Source: a virus (taxonomy: Duplodnaviria; Heunggongvirae; Uroviricota; Caudoviricetes). From it: a DNA stretch of 64,000 nt. A program made the position numbers and the translations under genes. Position 1 is the first letter of the stretch. Each line of letters opens with the position of its first letter. The stretch is taken from the IMG/VR virus record IMGVR_UViG_3300037419_003079; one strand, 5' to 3'. Below the pieces are notes generated by a model that was not told the origin of the DNA, did no database searches, and saw only the letters and a list, made by a program, of their open reading frames with translations. Shown here one piece after another: positions 22,972 through 33,506 of the stretch.

Positions 22972-25200
22972 ATGACAGAAGACAACAAATCAAATACTAA
23001 TATAGTTAATAAGGTAGATTTAGGAAATGGCAAGAAACAAGTCACTTTCAAAGTAGACCCTACTGACATCACAAAGTACTTCTCTAATCTTGATGAATCA
23101 AATGTCAAGTATGATGTAGAAGGTGATTTTAAATTGGGCAAGGGAAGTGTAAGAAATAGATACGAACCTACCAATTATGACTATCTATCGCAACACACTT
23201 CAAACCAAAAGTCTTATACACAAGCATTAAAAACTCCTACTGACCCACATGATAAAATCAGGTTAGCGTCAGAACTTTACTACAAAGAACCAATCATCGG
23301 TACAGTTATCGACATGATGGTAGATTTCAGTGCAAGTGGCTTTAATAATGAGTGTGCAGACAAAGAGGTTAAAAAACTTTATGACCAATGGGCTAAGGAT
23401 ATTAAATTACAAGAAACAGTAGAGCATATATTCTTAGAATATTACCGAAGTGGCAATGTATCAATTTATCGTAGCGATAGAGACGCAAAGGTTAAAAAGA
23501 CAACTACTAAAAAAGGTAAAGCTACTGCTACAGAAGAATTTACTTTTCCTAGTGGCTATACCATTTTAAATCCTATGAATGTTAAGATTGAAGGTCCTTT
23601 ATTATTCAATCAAGAAAGGGCTTATCTTGAACTTGGCGAAGACTTAGTTAAGATGACAAAAGAAGGAGATTCTTCTGTTCTTAAATTAATACCTGCTGAG
23701 GTTGTAAAAGCAGTAAGGTCAGGTCGAGGTAATATACCTTTAGACCCTAAGTTATACACTCGTATCACGAGAAAGAAACAGCCATATGAAAGATATGCAA
23801 CACCTTACTTAGAGAGAGTATTTGAGCCTATCATGTATAAACAAAAATTAAGAATGATGGATATGTCTACTATTGAGGGACTAGTTAACCAACTAGTTAC
23901 AGTAACAATTGGTAATGACGAATATCCTGCAAGCGATGAAGACTTAGAGGCAATCTCAGCATTATTCCAAACTCCTAATAAGGCATACACAGTGTTTTGG
24001 AATCACACACTTGAAGTTAAATTCCATAAGCCTGAGGGCATTGAAACACTGAATAACGATAAATACAAGCAAGTCAATGACGATATTCTAGCAGGACTTG
24101 GTGTAAGCCGAGTACTTATTGACGGTCAAGGTTCTAACTTTTCAACTGCATGGGTTTCAATCCTATCTTTAATTGAGAGATTAGACAATACTCGTGAAAA
24201 AGTAGTTCGATGGCTAGAAGACGAGTATAAGCGTATTGCTGATGAAAATGGTTTCAAAGTTATACCAAAAGTTCAATTTAATAAGATGAATCTTCGTGAA
24301 GATAATTACATTAGAGATGTACTTCTTGCTATGTATGACAGAGGTCTTATTGATGAAGAAGATATTCTTAAAGAAACTGGTCGTGACTACGAATCTATTA
24401 TCGAAACTAAAAAACGCAATGAGAAAAATTCTAAATTATTCTTACCTCCTGAACAACCATTCCAAGGTGGTCAGACAGGTCCGAATGGTGGAAAACCAAG
24501 TGGTCAACCACAAAAACCTATGAAACAAAGAGATGTTTCACCTGAACAAAATAGTGGAAACCCACCAAAATCTAAGGCAAATAAGTCAATAGCATATTCT
24601 CAGCAACTAGAAGAAGAATATGAAACTGAGTTAGTAGAATTTTATAATTCTATCAAAGCAGATATATCTAAACTAGCTGAGGAAAACAAAGACAATAGCT
24701 TGCTAGAGGCAATTTTGTTAGGTGCTTTAATAGGAATGTTTAAGTCTTTAAGTCATCTAGGTGATAGATATATTGATGACGCTTATAATAGTGAGATAGT
24801 AATGCACTCAAATAATATAGATGTTTCAAAGTCTAATAAAGTCAAGAACGACTTAAAAAACTGGAATAACAGCTATGTTGTTAAGCTAGCTAACGATATT
24901 AGAAATGATATTATCAATAACATATCTAAAGACTTACCAGTTAATATTGCAGTTAATAAAGCGTTCAATAGTAACGCATATAGAATCCCTGCTATGGCTG
25001 AGGCTGTAATCCTAGATTCAACTAGACAAGCAAAGATTCAAGGTAACGAGTTCTTAGGTATGCAAACTGCTACATGGAGAGCACACCTTGATGATAGAAC
25101 TTGTTCAACATGCAGAGGTTTAGATGGTAAGACATTTAACATTAATGGAATCCCACCTCGACCACATGCACATTGTCGTTGTGACTTGGATTTCAACTAA
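22972..25200 (+). CDS. portal protein fused to Mu-F/SPP1-gp7-like minor head protein domain
   Basis: 742 aa. The N-terminal ~500 aa is portal-like. The C-terminus carries the Phage_Mu_F signature ...WRAHLDDRTCSTCRGLDGKTF ... PPRPHAHCRCDL. Confidence 0.8.
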   Translation: MTEDNKSNTNIVNKVDLGNGKKQVTFKVDPTDITKYFSNLDESNVKYDVEGDFKLGKGSVRNRYEPTNYDYLSQHTSNQKSYTQALKTPTDPHDKIRLASELYYKEPIIGTVIDMMVDFSASGFNNECADKEVKKLYDQWAKDIKLQETVEHIFLEYYRSGNVSIYRSDRDAKVKKTTTKKGKATATEEFTFPSGYTILNPMNVKIEGPLLFNQERAYLELGEDLVKMTKEGDSSVLKLIPAEVVKAVRSGRGNIPLDPKLYTRITRKKQPYERYATPYLERVFEPIMYKQKLRMMDMSTIEGLVNQLVTVTIGNDEYPASDEDLEAISALFQTPNKAYTVFWNHTLEVKFHKPEGIETLNNDKYKQVNDDILAGLGVSRVLIDGQGSNFSTAWVSILSLIERLDNTREKVVRWLEDEYKRIADENGFKVIPKVQFNKMNLREDNYIRDVLLAMYDRGLIDEEDILKETGRDYESIIETKKRNEKNSKLFLPPEQPFQGGQTGPNGGKPSGQPQKPMKQRDVSPEQNSGNPPKSKANKSIAYSQQLEEEYETELVEFYNSIKADISKLAEENKDNSLLEAILLGALIGMFKSLSHLGDRYIDDAYNSEIVMHSNNIDVSKSNKVKNDLKNWNNSYVVKLANDIRNDIINNISKDLPVNIAVNKAFNSNAYRIPAMAEAVILDSTRQAKIQGNEFLGMQTATWRAHLDDRTCSTCRGLDGKTFNINGIPPRPHAHCRCDLDFN

Positions 25201-25212
25201 GGTGGTGAAAAA

Positions 25213-26844
25213 GTGGATAAAGAGCATAAAAACCTATCTTTAGAGAAGATTGATATGCAGGTACTATCTGTAGAGGCTTGCGAAGTAGATGAAATTAAAA
25301 AGTCTTTTGCAAGTTTAGCAGATAAAGAGGATTTATTTTTAGACCCTGACCTGATGTATGCAAAATTCATTATGTGCCATGAAGGTGCTAATGCTAACGG
25401 TGATTACTTTACAAAAGATGTACTTTTCCGAGCACAATATACACCTAGGTTTAAGCCTATTGATTGGGAACATGGTCAACCTATGATTGGAACTATGTTA
25501 GACAGTCGATACGCAGAAGACGCACAAGGCAGAGCATACATAGAGGCTATAGGAGTTATTTGGAAATTTATTTACCCTGACTTAGCAGAACAAGTAAAAG
25601 AGAAATCTAGCACTGGTGCACTAAGGCTTTCAATGGAGTGTTACTTCAAAGACGCTAACTACAAATATGGAGAGCAAATCTTCGACCAAGAACAAGCAGA
25701 GGAATTAGGAATCTCTGATTATGTTGGTCGTGAATATATGGGACAAAAAGTTTACCGTGTATTCAAAGATGTAGTATTTGGTGGAGTTGGAGTTGTAGCT
25801 AATCCTGCTGACAAAGAGGCTGTATTTCTAGCAGTAGCTAAGAAAAAAGCACAAGAAGTTATTCAAAACAACGAAGTCGCAAACAACCTTACTGATGAAC
25901 AAATCCAAGCGATTGCAAACATCATAAGAAACACAAACGACTTTAATGAGAAACAGATTAGCAAAGACACTATTGACGCTGTAACAGTAGCTAAATTTGT
26001 CAAGGCTTTTGATAAAGCCAAAAGCGATATTGTTGCAAAGTTCAATAAAGAACATCTTGCAACGAAGGAACAGTTAGTATCTGAGGTTAGAAGTATCATA
26101 GAATTACTTCTATCTGATGTTTCTAATATAAACAATGATTATTTTGTTGGTCGTGCCAAAGATGACTCTAATGAGTTAGAGGTTGCGATTGCAGACTTAA
26201 ACCTAAAACTATGCAACCAATGTCAAGAAATAGAGGTAGCAGAAGAAGACGAGGGAGGAAGTGAAAAGATGGAACAGGAAAACTTAGAAACTGTTGTTGA
26301 GCAAGTAGAAGATACTGAGGAAGTTGAAAATACTGAGGAAGTAGCAGTAGAAGAAGTAGTTGAGCCTGTAGTTGAGGAAGTTGAAGTTATTGACTACCAA
26401 GCACAAGCTAATGAACTACAAGTTAAAGTTACTGAACTTGAAGATAAACTTCAAGAAAAAGACCAAGCATTTGCTAGTCTTAAAGAGGAGTTTGACGCTT
26501 TAAAAAATAAAGTTGAAGCAAGCGAAAAAGAGGTCACTTTAAATACTCGTATCGCTGAATTAACTGAATTAGGTATTGAGTTCTCTGAGGCTCGTAAGGC
26601 TAAAGAAATCGAAAAGATTTCTGCTATGGACAACGATTCATTTGTTGATTACAAAGAGTTTTTATCTGAGTTACTAGGTAAAAACACTGAGGTAGTTGAG
26701 GCTACTGAACAAGAAGTTGAAGAAGTAGTTGAAGAAGAAGAAGTAGAAGTTGAGGTAGAAGTTGAGAAAGCTGAGGCTACTGAACTTAATATCGAAACTC
26801 CACAACCAAAAGTTATCAAACCATTTGGACATCTGTCTGAATAA
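25213..26844 (+). CDS. scaffolding protein (possibly with N-terminal prohead protease-like domain)
   Basis: 543 aa. Highly acidic Glu/Val-rich coiled coils (EEVEVIDYQAQANELQVKVTELEDKLQEKDQ ... EEEEVEVEVEVEK). Sits between portal and capsid genes. Confidence 0.65.
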   Translation: MDKEHKNLSLEKIDMQVLSVEACEVDEIKKSFASLADKEDLFLDPDLMYAKFIMCHEGANANGDYFTKDVLFRAQYTPRFKPIDWEHGQPMIGTMLDSRYAEDAQGRAYIEAIGVIWKFIYPDLAEQVKEKSSTGALRLSMECYFKDANYKYGEQIFDQEQAEELGISDYVGREYMGQKVYRVFKDVVFGGVGVVANPADKEAVFLAVAKKKAQEVIQNNEVANNLTDEQIQAIANIIRNTNDFNEKQISKDTIDAVTVAKFVKAFDKAKSDIVAKFNKEHLATKEQLVSEVRSIIELLLSDVSNINNDYFVGRAKDDSNELEVAIADLNLKLCNQCQEIEVAEEDEGGSEKMEQENLETVVEQVEDTEEVENTEEVAVEEVVEPVVEEVEVIDYQAQANELQVKVTELEDKLQEKDQAFASLKEEFDALKNKVEASEKEVTLNTRIAELTELGIEFSEARKAKEIEKISAMDNDSFVDYKEFLSELLGKNTEVVEATEQEVEEVVEEEEVEVEVEVEKAEATELNIETPQPKVIKPFGHLSE

Positions 26845-26877
26845 TAAAAAAGAAAATTTCTAAGGAGGAAATTCACA

Positions 26878-27321
26878 ATGTTAAAAGCAATTTTTGAAGG
26901 CGAATTAGCTGTTCACTTTAATGCTCCATCTGCTGACCTTGAGGCAGGTATCTTAGTAAAACTTAACGGTTCTGCTGTAGCTGTAGCAACTGGTGGTGCA
27001 ACTGGTGATGATGTTTATGGTATCTTAGCACAACCAGTTCGTGCTCGTAATGTAAACAACTTTAAATTAGATTCAGTTACTCATGTAGCTTACTACGGAG
27101 AAAAAGTAGGTGTGTACTACGGTGGTGGTGTATACATTACTGACCAAACTCTTGACGGTACTATTGCAGTAGGTCAAAAGTTATATGTAGGTACAGGTGG
27201 TAAATTAACTAAAACTGCTCCTACTGGTGGAAACACTAAGCATGTTGCTATTGCTGAAACAGCAGGTACATTAGCAGGAGATAAAATCCGTATCCGTCTA
27301 GTTGGAAATATCCAAAACTAA
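26878..27321 (+). CDS. capsid-associated protein (decoration/auxiliary), Gly-rich beta protein
   Basis: 147 aa. Immediately upstream of the major capsid protein gene. Confidence 0.4.
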   Translation: MLKAIFEGELAVHFNAPSADLEAGILVKLNGSAVAVATGGATGDDVYGILAQPVRARNVNNFKLDSVTHVAYYGEKVGVYYGGGVYITDQTLDGTIAVGQKLYVGTGGKLTKTAPTGGNTKHVAIAETAGTLAGDKIRIRLVGNIQN

Positions 27322-27337
27322 TCTAAATAAATTATAA

Positions 27338-28282
27338 ATGGAGGTTAAAAAAATGTTTAATGAATACAAAATTTCTTTAGCTACTAGCTTAAAAGATAAC
27401 AAAGCATTAGCAGGAGAAGAATTACAATCGTTTATTAATGACTTTAAAGCTACTGCTGACAACGAAGAAATTCGTAAATCTTTTGCGGCTAGCCTAGCAG
27501 TACCAATCTTAAAGGCTGTTGCTCCACAATCATCTGTTCGTGACATCTTCATGGTAGATGAATTACCTGCGGGTTCACTAGCTGAATACCCAATCGACTT
27601 AGATGACATTGAAGTAGCAACTGTAATGCCTCGTCTAGGTGCAGTACCTCAAAACTTAGTAGTTGGCGATAGCTTAATCGTTCCTACTTTCGAGGTTGCT
27701 AACTCAGTAGAATGGAAATTAGCTTTCGTTCGTGACGCTCGTTTCAACATCGTTGAGCGTGCATTAGAAAAATTAGCTGAATCTTTTGTTCGTGCAGAAG
27801 AAAAAGCAGGTTGGGATACTATTCGTGGTGCTAAAGACACAACTAATACTATCGCTATCGGTTCTGAAACTGGACTTACTCGTAAATTATTCAACAAAAT
27901 GATTACTGACATGAGAGCAATCGGAGCATGTGAGCCGAATGTAATCTATGTTTCTCCTAAGCGTGCTTCTCAAATTCGTGATTGGGGTGCTAGTGACATT
28001 GATGACACTACTCGTAGAGAGTTATTCGTTAAAGGTGGCATGGGTTCTATCTATGGAGTTGAAATCCGTGAGTTACGCTCATTAGGTGATAACGAAGTAT
28101 TTATGTTTGACACTACTAAATTAGGTGTTATGCCTATTCGTACTAAGATGACTTCATATGACAAGCCGGATTCAATCAACCGTCTTCGTGCAGGTGTGTT
28201 AGCTTGGGAAGAAATCGGTTTCGCTGTAATTGACAAGCGTGCTATGCGTGTTTGCGATACATTACCTGGTTTACCTGCTTAA
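27338..28282 (+). CDS. major capsid protein
   Basis: 314 aa. Lies after the scaffold gene and is followed by the strongest terminator in the window. Start may be at the second Met (MFNEYK). Confidence 0.7.
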   Translation: MEVKKMFNEYKISLATSLKDNKALAGEELQSFINDFKATADNEEIRKSFAASLAVPILKAVAPQSSVRDIFMVDELPAGSLAEYPIDLDDIEVATVMPRLGAVPQNLVVGDSLIVPTFEVANSVEWKLAFVRDARFNIVERALEKLAESFVRAEEKAGWDTIRGAKDTTNTIAIGSETGLTRKLFNKMITDMRAIGACEPNVIYVSPKRASQIRDWGASDIDDTTRRELFVKGGMGSIYGVEIRELRSLGDNEVFMFDTTKLGVMPIRTKMTSYDKPDSINRLRAGVLAWEEIGFAVIDKRAMRVCDTLPGLPA

Positions 28283-28308
28283 TATAATATAATTATATCA
28301 TAAGTGAA

Positions 28309-28349
28309 GACCCACTGCCCCTCTAGTTAGGGGGGTGGGTCATTTTATT
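28309..28349 (+). terminator. strong rho-independent terminator after capsid gene
   Basis: GACCCACTGCCCCTCTAGTTAGGGGGGTGGGTC (7-bp outer plus 5-bp inner stem) followed by ATTTTATT. Confidence 0.8.
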
Positions 28350-28376
28350 ATCCGAGAAAAGGAAAGGTGAAATTAA

Positions 28377-28904
28377 ATGAATTTTGAAGGAAAACTAACT
28401 ATTAAAAATATAGCATATGGTAGGTTGATTTTAGGAGTATTGACATTAGACCATGAAGGTACATTTGATGTAGACTCTGAAACTCTATCAGAACAAAACA
28501 AAAAAGATTTTGAACATCTTATTGCTACAAAACAAATAGAAATCTACCCTGCTGACGTGGAGGAGTCCAAGGAAGTTGAGAAGGCTAGTGATGTTATCAC
28601 AAAAGAGTCAGTTAAAAATGAAAAAGGAGAAACACACAGCCACTCTGTCTATGACCCTGAAACAGCAAGTAAAAACCGTGCAATCAATGTAGAAGAAGTT
28701 CAAACATCTAAGGCAATCGTAGTAGAGGAGAACAGAATGGACTATATTAATTTCTTAGAAAAACATTGGAAGACGGTAGAGAAAGAACTTGAAAACATTA
28801 CAAGTGTTGAGAGATTAAAAAAATTATTATCTGTAGCTGAGGAACTTGGTATGAAGGGCAACAAGAAGTACGAGTTAATCAAAGACAGAATTGCTAAAAT
28901 TTAA
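28377..28904 (+). CDS. hypothetical structural-module protein (175 aa)
   Basis: ORF with AAAGGAAAGGTG RBS. Confidence 0.45.
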   Translation: MNFEGKLTIKNIAYGRLILGVLTLDHEGTFDVDSETLSEQNKKDFEHLIATKQIEIYPADVEESKEVEKASDVITKESVKNEKGETHSHSVYDPETASKNRAINVEEVQTSKAIVVEENRMDYINFLEKHWKTVEKELENITSVERLKKLLSVAEELGMKGNKKYELIKDRIAKI

Positions 28905-28919
28905 GAGAGGTGACTAGAA

Positions 28920-31043
28920 TTGGCAAACATTTATAATTCAGACGGTAGTAATATCGACAGACGCAACCCCCTAAAGGTCAATACTGCCAATGAAAATTCC
29001 AAAATAAGAGATGGATTTCAATCAGTTAACACTGACCTTTGGGATATTACTGTTGCTGATGGAGATACAGTCTCCATAGGTGGTAATACAGCAGGTTCAG
29101 GATATGTCAAAATCTCAAAGAGTATTGACAAAGAAGACACAGAAACGATGTTCCTATCAAAGTTTACATTTGATAGTCCTGCTAGAATAGGTCTAGCATT
29201 ATCATTATCTCAAAGATTTCCACATCAGCGTTTTTCATTTGACATTGTAGGTGTAGATGATTATGGAAATATAGTTAGCGAATTACCTTTAGATATGCCT
29301 ATTGCATTATCTTCTATTCAACAATCTACTACTACATTAACTGTGACAACTCAAACAGCACATGGGTATCTTCCGGGAGACCGAGTTTCTATCTATGGTG
29401 TTACAAGTGATTCAAGGCTTAATTACGGTGAAGTATTAGTTTCATCTGTAACAAGCCCAACTGTGTTCACTGTTACATCTACTCCTTCTGCTACTATTTC
29501 ATCTGTTACAGTAGGTCCTTTTAACGGAGTGGGATATGTTCAGCGTATTGACCCTACATTATATGCTAACAACTCATTAGGTATATATTTAGAAGGTTCG
29601 TCTGCGAGTAATGCAAAAATGATTTCTAGAACTAACAAAGGAACTTTATATAACAGTGTGGATACTTCGTTAGGTAGTAACCATACTAATGCAACTGTAG
29701 CAAACGCTAATGCTTTTGCAGACGCTTTTAACCCTCAATATATGTATGATTTAAGATATAAAGCAGAAGGTGTTATAGCTAGAACATTCCCATTAGATTC
29801 TTTAGGTCAATATGGTGGACAGATAAAGCGTACACAAGTTATTCCTGAAATTGAATCGGGATACAAACTTCGTATCAGAGCAAAAAATAACAAATCAATG
29901 AGTAAGCCAATCGCTAGGATTGTTAGTGCTAGTAAAACAGCTTCAACTACTGCAACAATCACAACTGATGTAGCACACGGATTAACTACAGGAGATTTCA
30001 TTACATTAATTGGTATGCGTGACCAAACAAACTTCGCAAACCAAACTTCTCAAGTTCAAGTAGCCTCTGTTGTTAACTCTACTCAATTCACTGTAGCTTT
30101 CGGTGCGTCTGCAACAGCTACAACTCAAGGTGGAATGGTTACAAAAGTAAATGGTTCACTATTGAACTCAGTTTCAGGTCAGTCAGTTCAGTCAATTCAA
30201 ACAACTGGTGGGTTAATGACTGTTATCGGTAATACTACATGGTCAGGATTCTCCATCGGTGAGACTATTGAACTTCGTGGATTGGTTGATTCAGTGGGAA
30301 CAATATATCCTCAGTACGAAGGAATTTATAGAGTAGCTAATATCTCTACAACTACATTAACATTAATCGCTACTAATGTGGCTGATTTCGGATTAATCAA
30401 CTGTGGTGGTACAGTATTTAAGCGTACTGACTTACGACTGCATTTCTTCCGTCTATTAGACTATAATAGACAAACAGTTGAGATTGATGGCTCTGTAGGT
30501 AATATTGCAGATTTACAAGAGGCTCTTCCAGTAAATATAGCAAACTCACCTACTATTTCAGGTGGTCAAACATCTCATGATGGTGTCACTTCAGGAAACC
30601 CTATGCGTATTGGGGCAAGAGCAAGAAATGTTACTCCTACCAATGTATCTGCTGACAATGACACAACAGAACTTAACGCTACTATGAATGGTACATTACT
30701 TCAAAAACCTTACTCTGTTCCTGAGGCAGACTTTATGTATTCAGGTGCAGGTGCAGTTACAGGTACTACTGATGTAGTCATAAAAATTGCGTCAGGCGTA
30801 GGTATTCGTAACTATATGACTGGTATGCAACTACAAAATACCGGCACTGTTGCTACAGAGGTTGTTATTAAAGATGGTTCAACTGTAATTTGGAGAGGAT
30901 ATTTACCTGCGTCACAAACAGGAATCTCTGATGTTACATTCCCTACACCATTAAGAACAACTGCTAATACTGCGTTAAACTTTGCATGTATCACAACTGG
31001 TGCGAATGTTTATGTAAACGCACAAGGTTATACTGCACCTTAA
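28920..31043 (+). CDS. virion structural protein with three tandem ~70-aa beta domains
   Basis: 707 aa. Repeats of (L/F)xxGDx(I/V)x(I/L)xG ... TxFTV (LPGDRVSIYGVTSD ... TVFTVTS / LTTGDFITLIGMRD ... TQFTVAF / FSIGETIELRGLVD ... TLTLIAT). Confidence 0.55.
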   Translation: MANIYNSDGSNIDRRNPLKVNTANENSKIRDGFQSVNTDLWDITVADGDTVSIGGNTAGSGYVKISKSIDKEDTETMFLSKFTFDSPARIGLALSLSQRFPHQRFSFDIVGVDDYGNIVSELPLDMPIALSSIQQSTTTLTVTTQTAHGYLPGDRVSIYGVTSDSRLNYGEVLVSSVTSPTVFTVTSTPSATISSVTVGPFNGVGYVQRIDPTLYANNSLGIYLEGSSASNAKMISRTNKGTLYNSVDTSLGSNHTNATVANANAFADAFNPQYMYDLRYKAEGVIARTFPLDSLGQYGGQIKRTQVIPEIESGYKLRIRAKNNKSMSKPIARIVSASKTASTTATITTDVAHGLTTGDFITLIGMRDQTNFANQTSQVQVASVVNSTQFTVAFGASATATTQGGMVTKVNGSLLNSVSGQSVQSIQTTGGLMTVIGNTTWSGFSIGETIELRGLVDSVGTIYPQYEGIYRVANISTTTLTLIATNVADFGLINCGGTVFKRTDLRLHFFRLLDYNRQTVEIDGSVGNIADLQEALPVNIANSPTISGGQTSHDGVTSGNPMRIGARARNVTPTNVSADNDTTELNATMNGTLLQKPYSVPEADFMYSGAGAVTGTTDVVIKIASGVGIRNYMTGMQLQNTGTVATEVVIKDGSTVIWRGYLPASQTGISDVTFPTPLRTTANTALNFACITTGANVYVNAQGYTAP

Positions 31044-31056
31044 TAGTATTTTATAG

Positions 31057-31087
31057 GGCTATGTTTCACGACATAGCCTTTCTAATT
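31057..31087 (+). terminator. terminator/hairpin
   Basis: GGCTATG-TTTCACGA-CATAGCC followed by TTTCTAATT. Confidence 0.5.
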
Positions 31088-31116
31088 ATTAACAAGTAAA
31101 AAAGAGGTGATAAGAT

Positions 31117-31524
31117 ATGCAAATGTCCGATATAGTCAATGTACTAAGAAGAAGAATAGGTGACACGGAGAGTCCTTATACATTTACAGATGAACTTTTA
31201 ATAGGATACATAGAGGACGCTGTTGCTAGTGTTGAGATGGATTGGAGTAGAGGATTTGAAGTAAACCTTGGTGTGTTCAATCAACAACCTGACAAGAAAG
31301 ACACAAACCTATTTTGTATCAAGGCTCATTACCTTATCAAACTAAGAACGAAAGATAAAGCAGATAGAGATAATTTCAGAATGGTTAAAGGTAGATTAAC
31401 TCTAGATAATACCAATCAATCTGCTGACCACAAGGACACATTAGAGTTCATTGATAAAGAATACAAACAAACTCTTTATCGAATGAAAAATGGTGGAAGT
31501 ATCAAAGGAATAAGAATGGAGTGA
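31117..31524 (+). CDS. head-tail connector/adaptor protein (putative)
   Basis: 135 aa. Assigned by position in the morphogenesis module. Confidence 0.4.
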   Translation: MQMSDIVNVLRRRIGDTESPYTFTDELLIGYIEDAVASVEMDWSRGFEVNLGVFNQQPDKKDTNLFCIKAHYLIKLRTKDKADRDNFRMVKGRLTLDNTNQSADHKDTLEFIDKEYKQTLYRMKNGGSIKGIRME

Positions 31525-31529
31525 TATAG

Positions 31530-32024
31530 ATGAATATACCTGAATCCAATCTTAGAAATATGCTTAAATCAATAAGCAGTTTAAATCATGTATTAAACGA
31601 AACTCTTAAAATATGTAAGCATAACGAGTCAGACTGCCCTAGTTGTAAGTTTGACCCAATCAGAGGAGAATCAACAGACCCTTATTGTGACACATGTGAC
31701 GGAAAAGGAAAAGTAACAGCAGATGTATTCTATACTATACCTTCATCTGTAGAGACGGAACAAGACTTTACTTTTGATTATGCTAAAGTCGGAAGACTAA
31801 CAAACGGTGAAATACTAGCTACAATAGACAAGGTTGAAATTGATACAGTGCTTAATGTAGGTGGAACATACAATATGGACAGCTATGATGACATCAAAAA
31901 GTTCCTTGACCAATATGATTATTTTGAATGGAAAGGTGCTAAGTATGTCCTAAAGAGTTTTCAAGCAGGATACTTACAAGGCAACTTCTATGAAATATCA
32001 ATGACATTAAGTTTGAAGGCGTGA
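31530..32024 (+). CDS. head-tail joining protein with zinc ribbon
   Basis: 164 aa. CPSCKF ... CDTCDGKG. Confidence 0.4.
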   Translation: MNIPESNLRNMLKSISSLNHVLNETLKICKHNESDCPSCKFDPIRGESTDPYCDTCDGKGKVTADVFYTIPSSVETEQDFTFDYAKVGRLTNGEILATIDKVEIDTVLNVGGTYNMDSYDDIKKFLDQYDYFEWKGAKYVLKSFQAGYLQGNFYEISMTLSLKA

Positions 32025-32029
32025 TATAA

Positions 32030-32755
32030 ATGAAAACATCAACAAACTTTCAAGATTTAGAAAAACACATCAACAGTGTCTTCAAAGGAATGATGAAAAG
32101 CAGAGAGTTAACTGAGGCAGGTAAGACAGCTAGTAAAGCTATGGGTAGATATGTATTGGACGAGGTAGCAGGTGGAGGAGCGTCAGGATACGATTATGAA
32201 CAATCAGGTGACTTCCATAATCTACTAGCTAGTGAGGCTAAACATGGTAATGTCTATTCTACACCAAGCAAGTTAACTATGGGTTTTGCATACATACCTG
32301 AAATGAACTTAGGGGTAGAAGCAAAGCGTAACTTCCAAATACAAGACCATGTAGTTCAAATGAATGGTGGTCGAATAACAAAGATTAGAACCTTCAAGCT
32401 GAAACAAGAAGAACAAATGCCTAAATGGATTATAGCAGAGTTTGGTTCGGGGGAGAAGAAAGCTAAAGGAAGAATATTAAAAGACTTTGCTATTACATAT
32501 ACTCCTAGACCTGATAAGGATTTCCTATTAGGACCATCTTTAAGTAAGGTAAGAGGAGAAGGTGGAGGAAGAAAGAAGGGTTACTTCATGATAAGTGGAA
32601 AGAGCCTAGACAAACTCCAACATCAACAAGCACAAAGATTTTTCCATCGTGGTGTTAAACCGGGTAGAATATTTAGCAGAGGACTTGAGAGTTCGCAAGA
32701 AGAAGTAACACAAATTCTTCACGAAGGAATATCTAAATACCTGAGAAACAATTGA
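32030..32755 (+). CDS. head completion / tail-attachment protein (putative)
   Basis: 241 aa, basic. Assigned by position. Confidence 0.4.
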   Translation: MKTSTNFQDLEKHINSVFKGMMKSRELTEAGKTASKAMGRYVLDEVAGGGASGYDYEQSGDFHNLLASEAKHGNVYSTPSKLTMGFAYIPEMNLGVEAKRNFQIQDHVVQMNGGRITKIRTFKLKQEEQMPKWIIAEFGSGEKKAKGRILKDFAITYTPRPDKDFLLGPSLSKVRGEGGGRKKGYFMISGKSLDKLQHQQAQRFFHRGVKPGRIFSRGLESSQEEVTQILHEGISKYLRNN

Positions 32756-32769
32756 GGAGGTGAACCTAG

Positions 32770-33459
32770 TTGAAGAAAACAAGATTAGTAGAACTATCTT
32801 TGTATTATGCAGTTCAAGAGGCATTGTCTAGGTATAGAGACAAGGAAAAGCCTAAAAGTGCAAACTTTAGTGTGTATAATCTTAAATATAATAATATACA
32901 GACAAATAGCCAAGTAAGTGTATATGTCAATGGTATACTTAAAAGCAATACACTATATTCTGTAAACTATATCGAAGGTATCATTATTTTCAATACAGCA
33001 CTAACCTCCTCTGATGTTGTTGAAGTAAGCTACACATATTGTCCAATCAATATATATGATGAAAGCAAGAGTCCTACAAATGAAGATTTCAAATATCCTG
33101 CTGTTGCAGTGTATGAAGATGAAAGAACAGACCGTCCTTTTGAATTAGGAAATCCTAGAAAAGAAATGCACTCAACATGGGTGTTCGAGGTTTGGTCAGA
33201 AAGAGGAGGAGAGAGAAACGATATTACTGATACTATAATGGAAATGTTTGAAGAAGGCAATGTTCCTGTAGTAGACTACAATATTAACTTTCCTACTAAC
33301 TCAGATGGTAGCAAGAATAGTAGTTTCGATGAAACATCTCAAATTATAGGGTATATGCTATGTGATAGCATAAATTATCGTAAAGGTGGAAGTTTAGATA
33401 TAGGAGACAACCCGAAGTTTTTATCGGAAATAATAGTAGATTTAACTATTAATATATAA
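32770..33459 (+). CDS. tail completion/terminator protein (putative)
   Basis: 229 aa. TTG start. Assigned by position. Confidence 0.35.
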   Translation: MKKTRLVELSLYYAVQEALSRYRDKEKPKSANFSVYNLKYNNIQTNSQVSVYVNGILKSNTLYSVNYIEGIIIFNTALTSSDVVEVSYTYCPINIYDESKSPTNEDFKYPAVAVYEDERTDRPFELGNPRKEMHSTWVFEVWSERGGERNDITDTIMEMFEEGNVPVVDYNINFPTNSDGSKNSSFDETSQIIGYMLCDSINYRKGGSLDIGDNPKFLSEIIVDLTINI

Positions 33460-33506
33460 TAGTATAATAATCATTAAATTTAAAATAAAAAAGGAGAGAT
33501 TCTATA

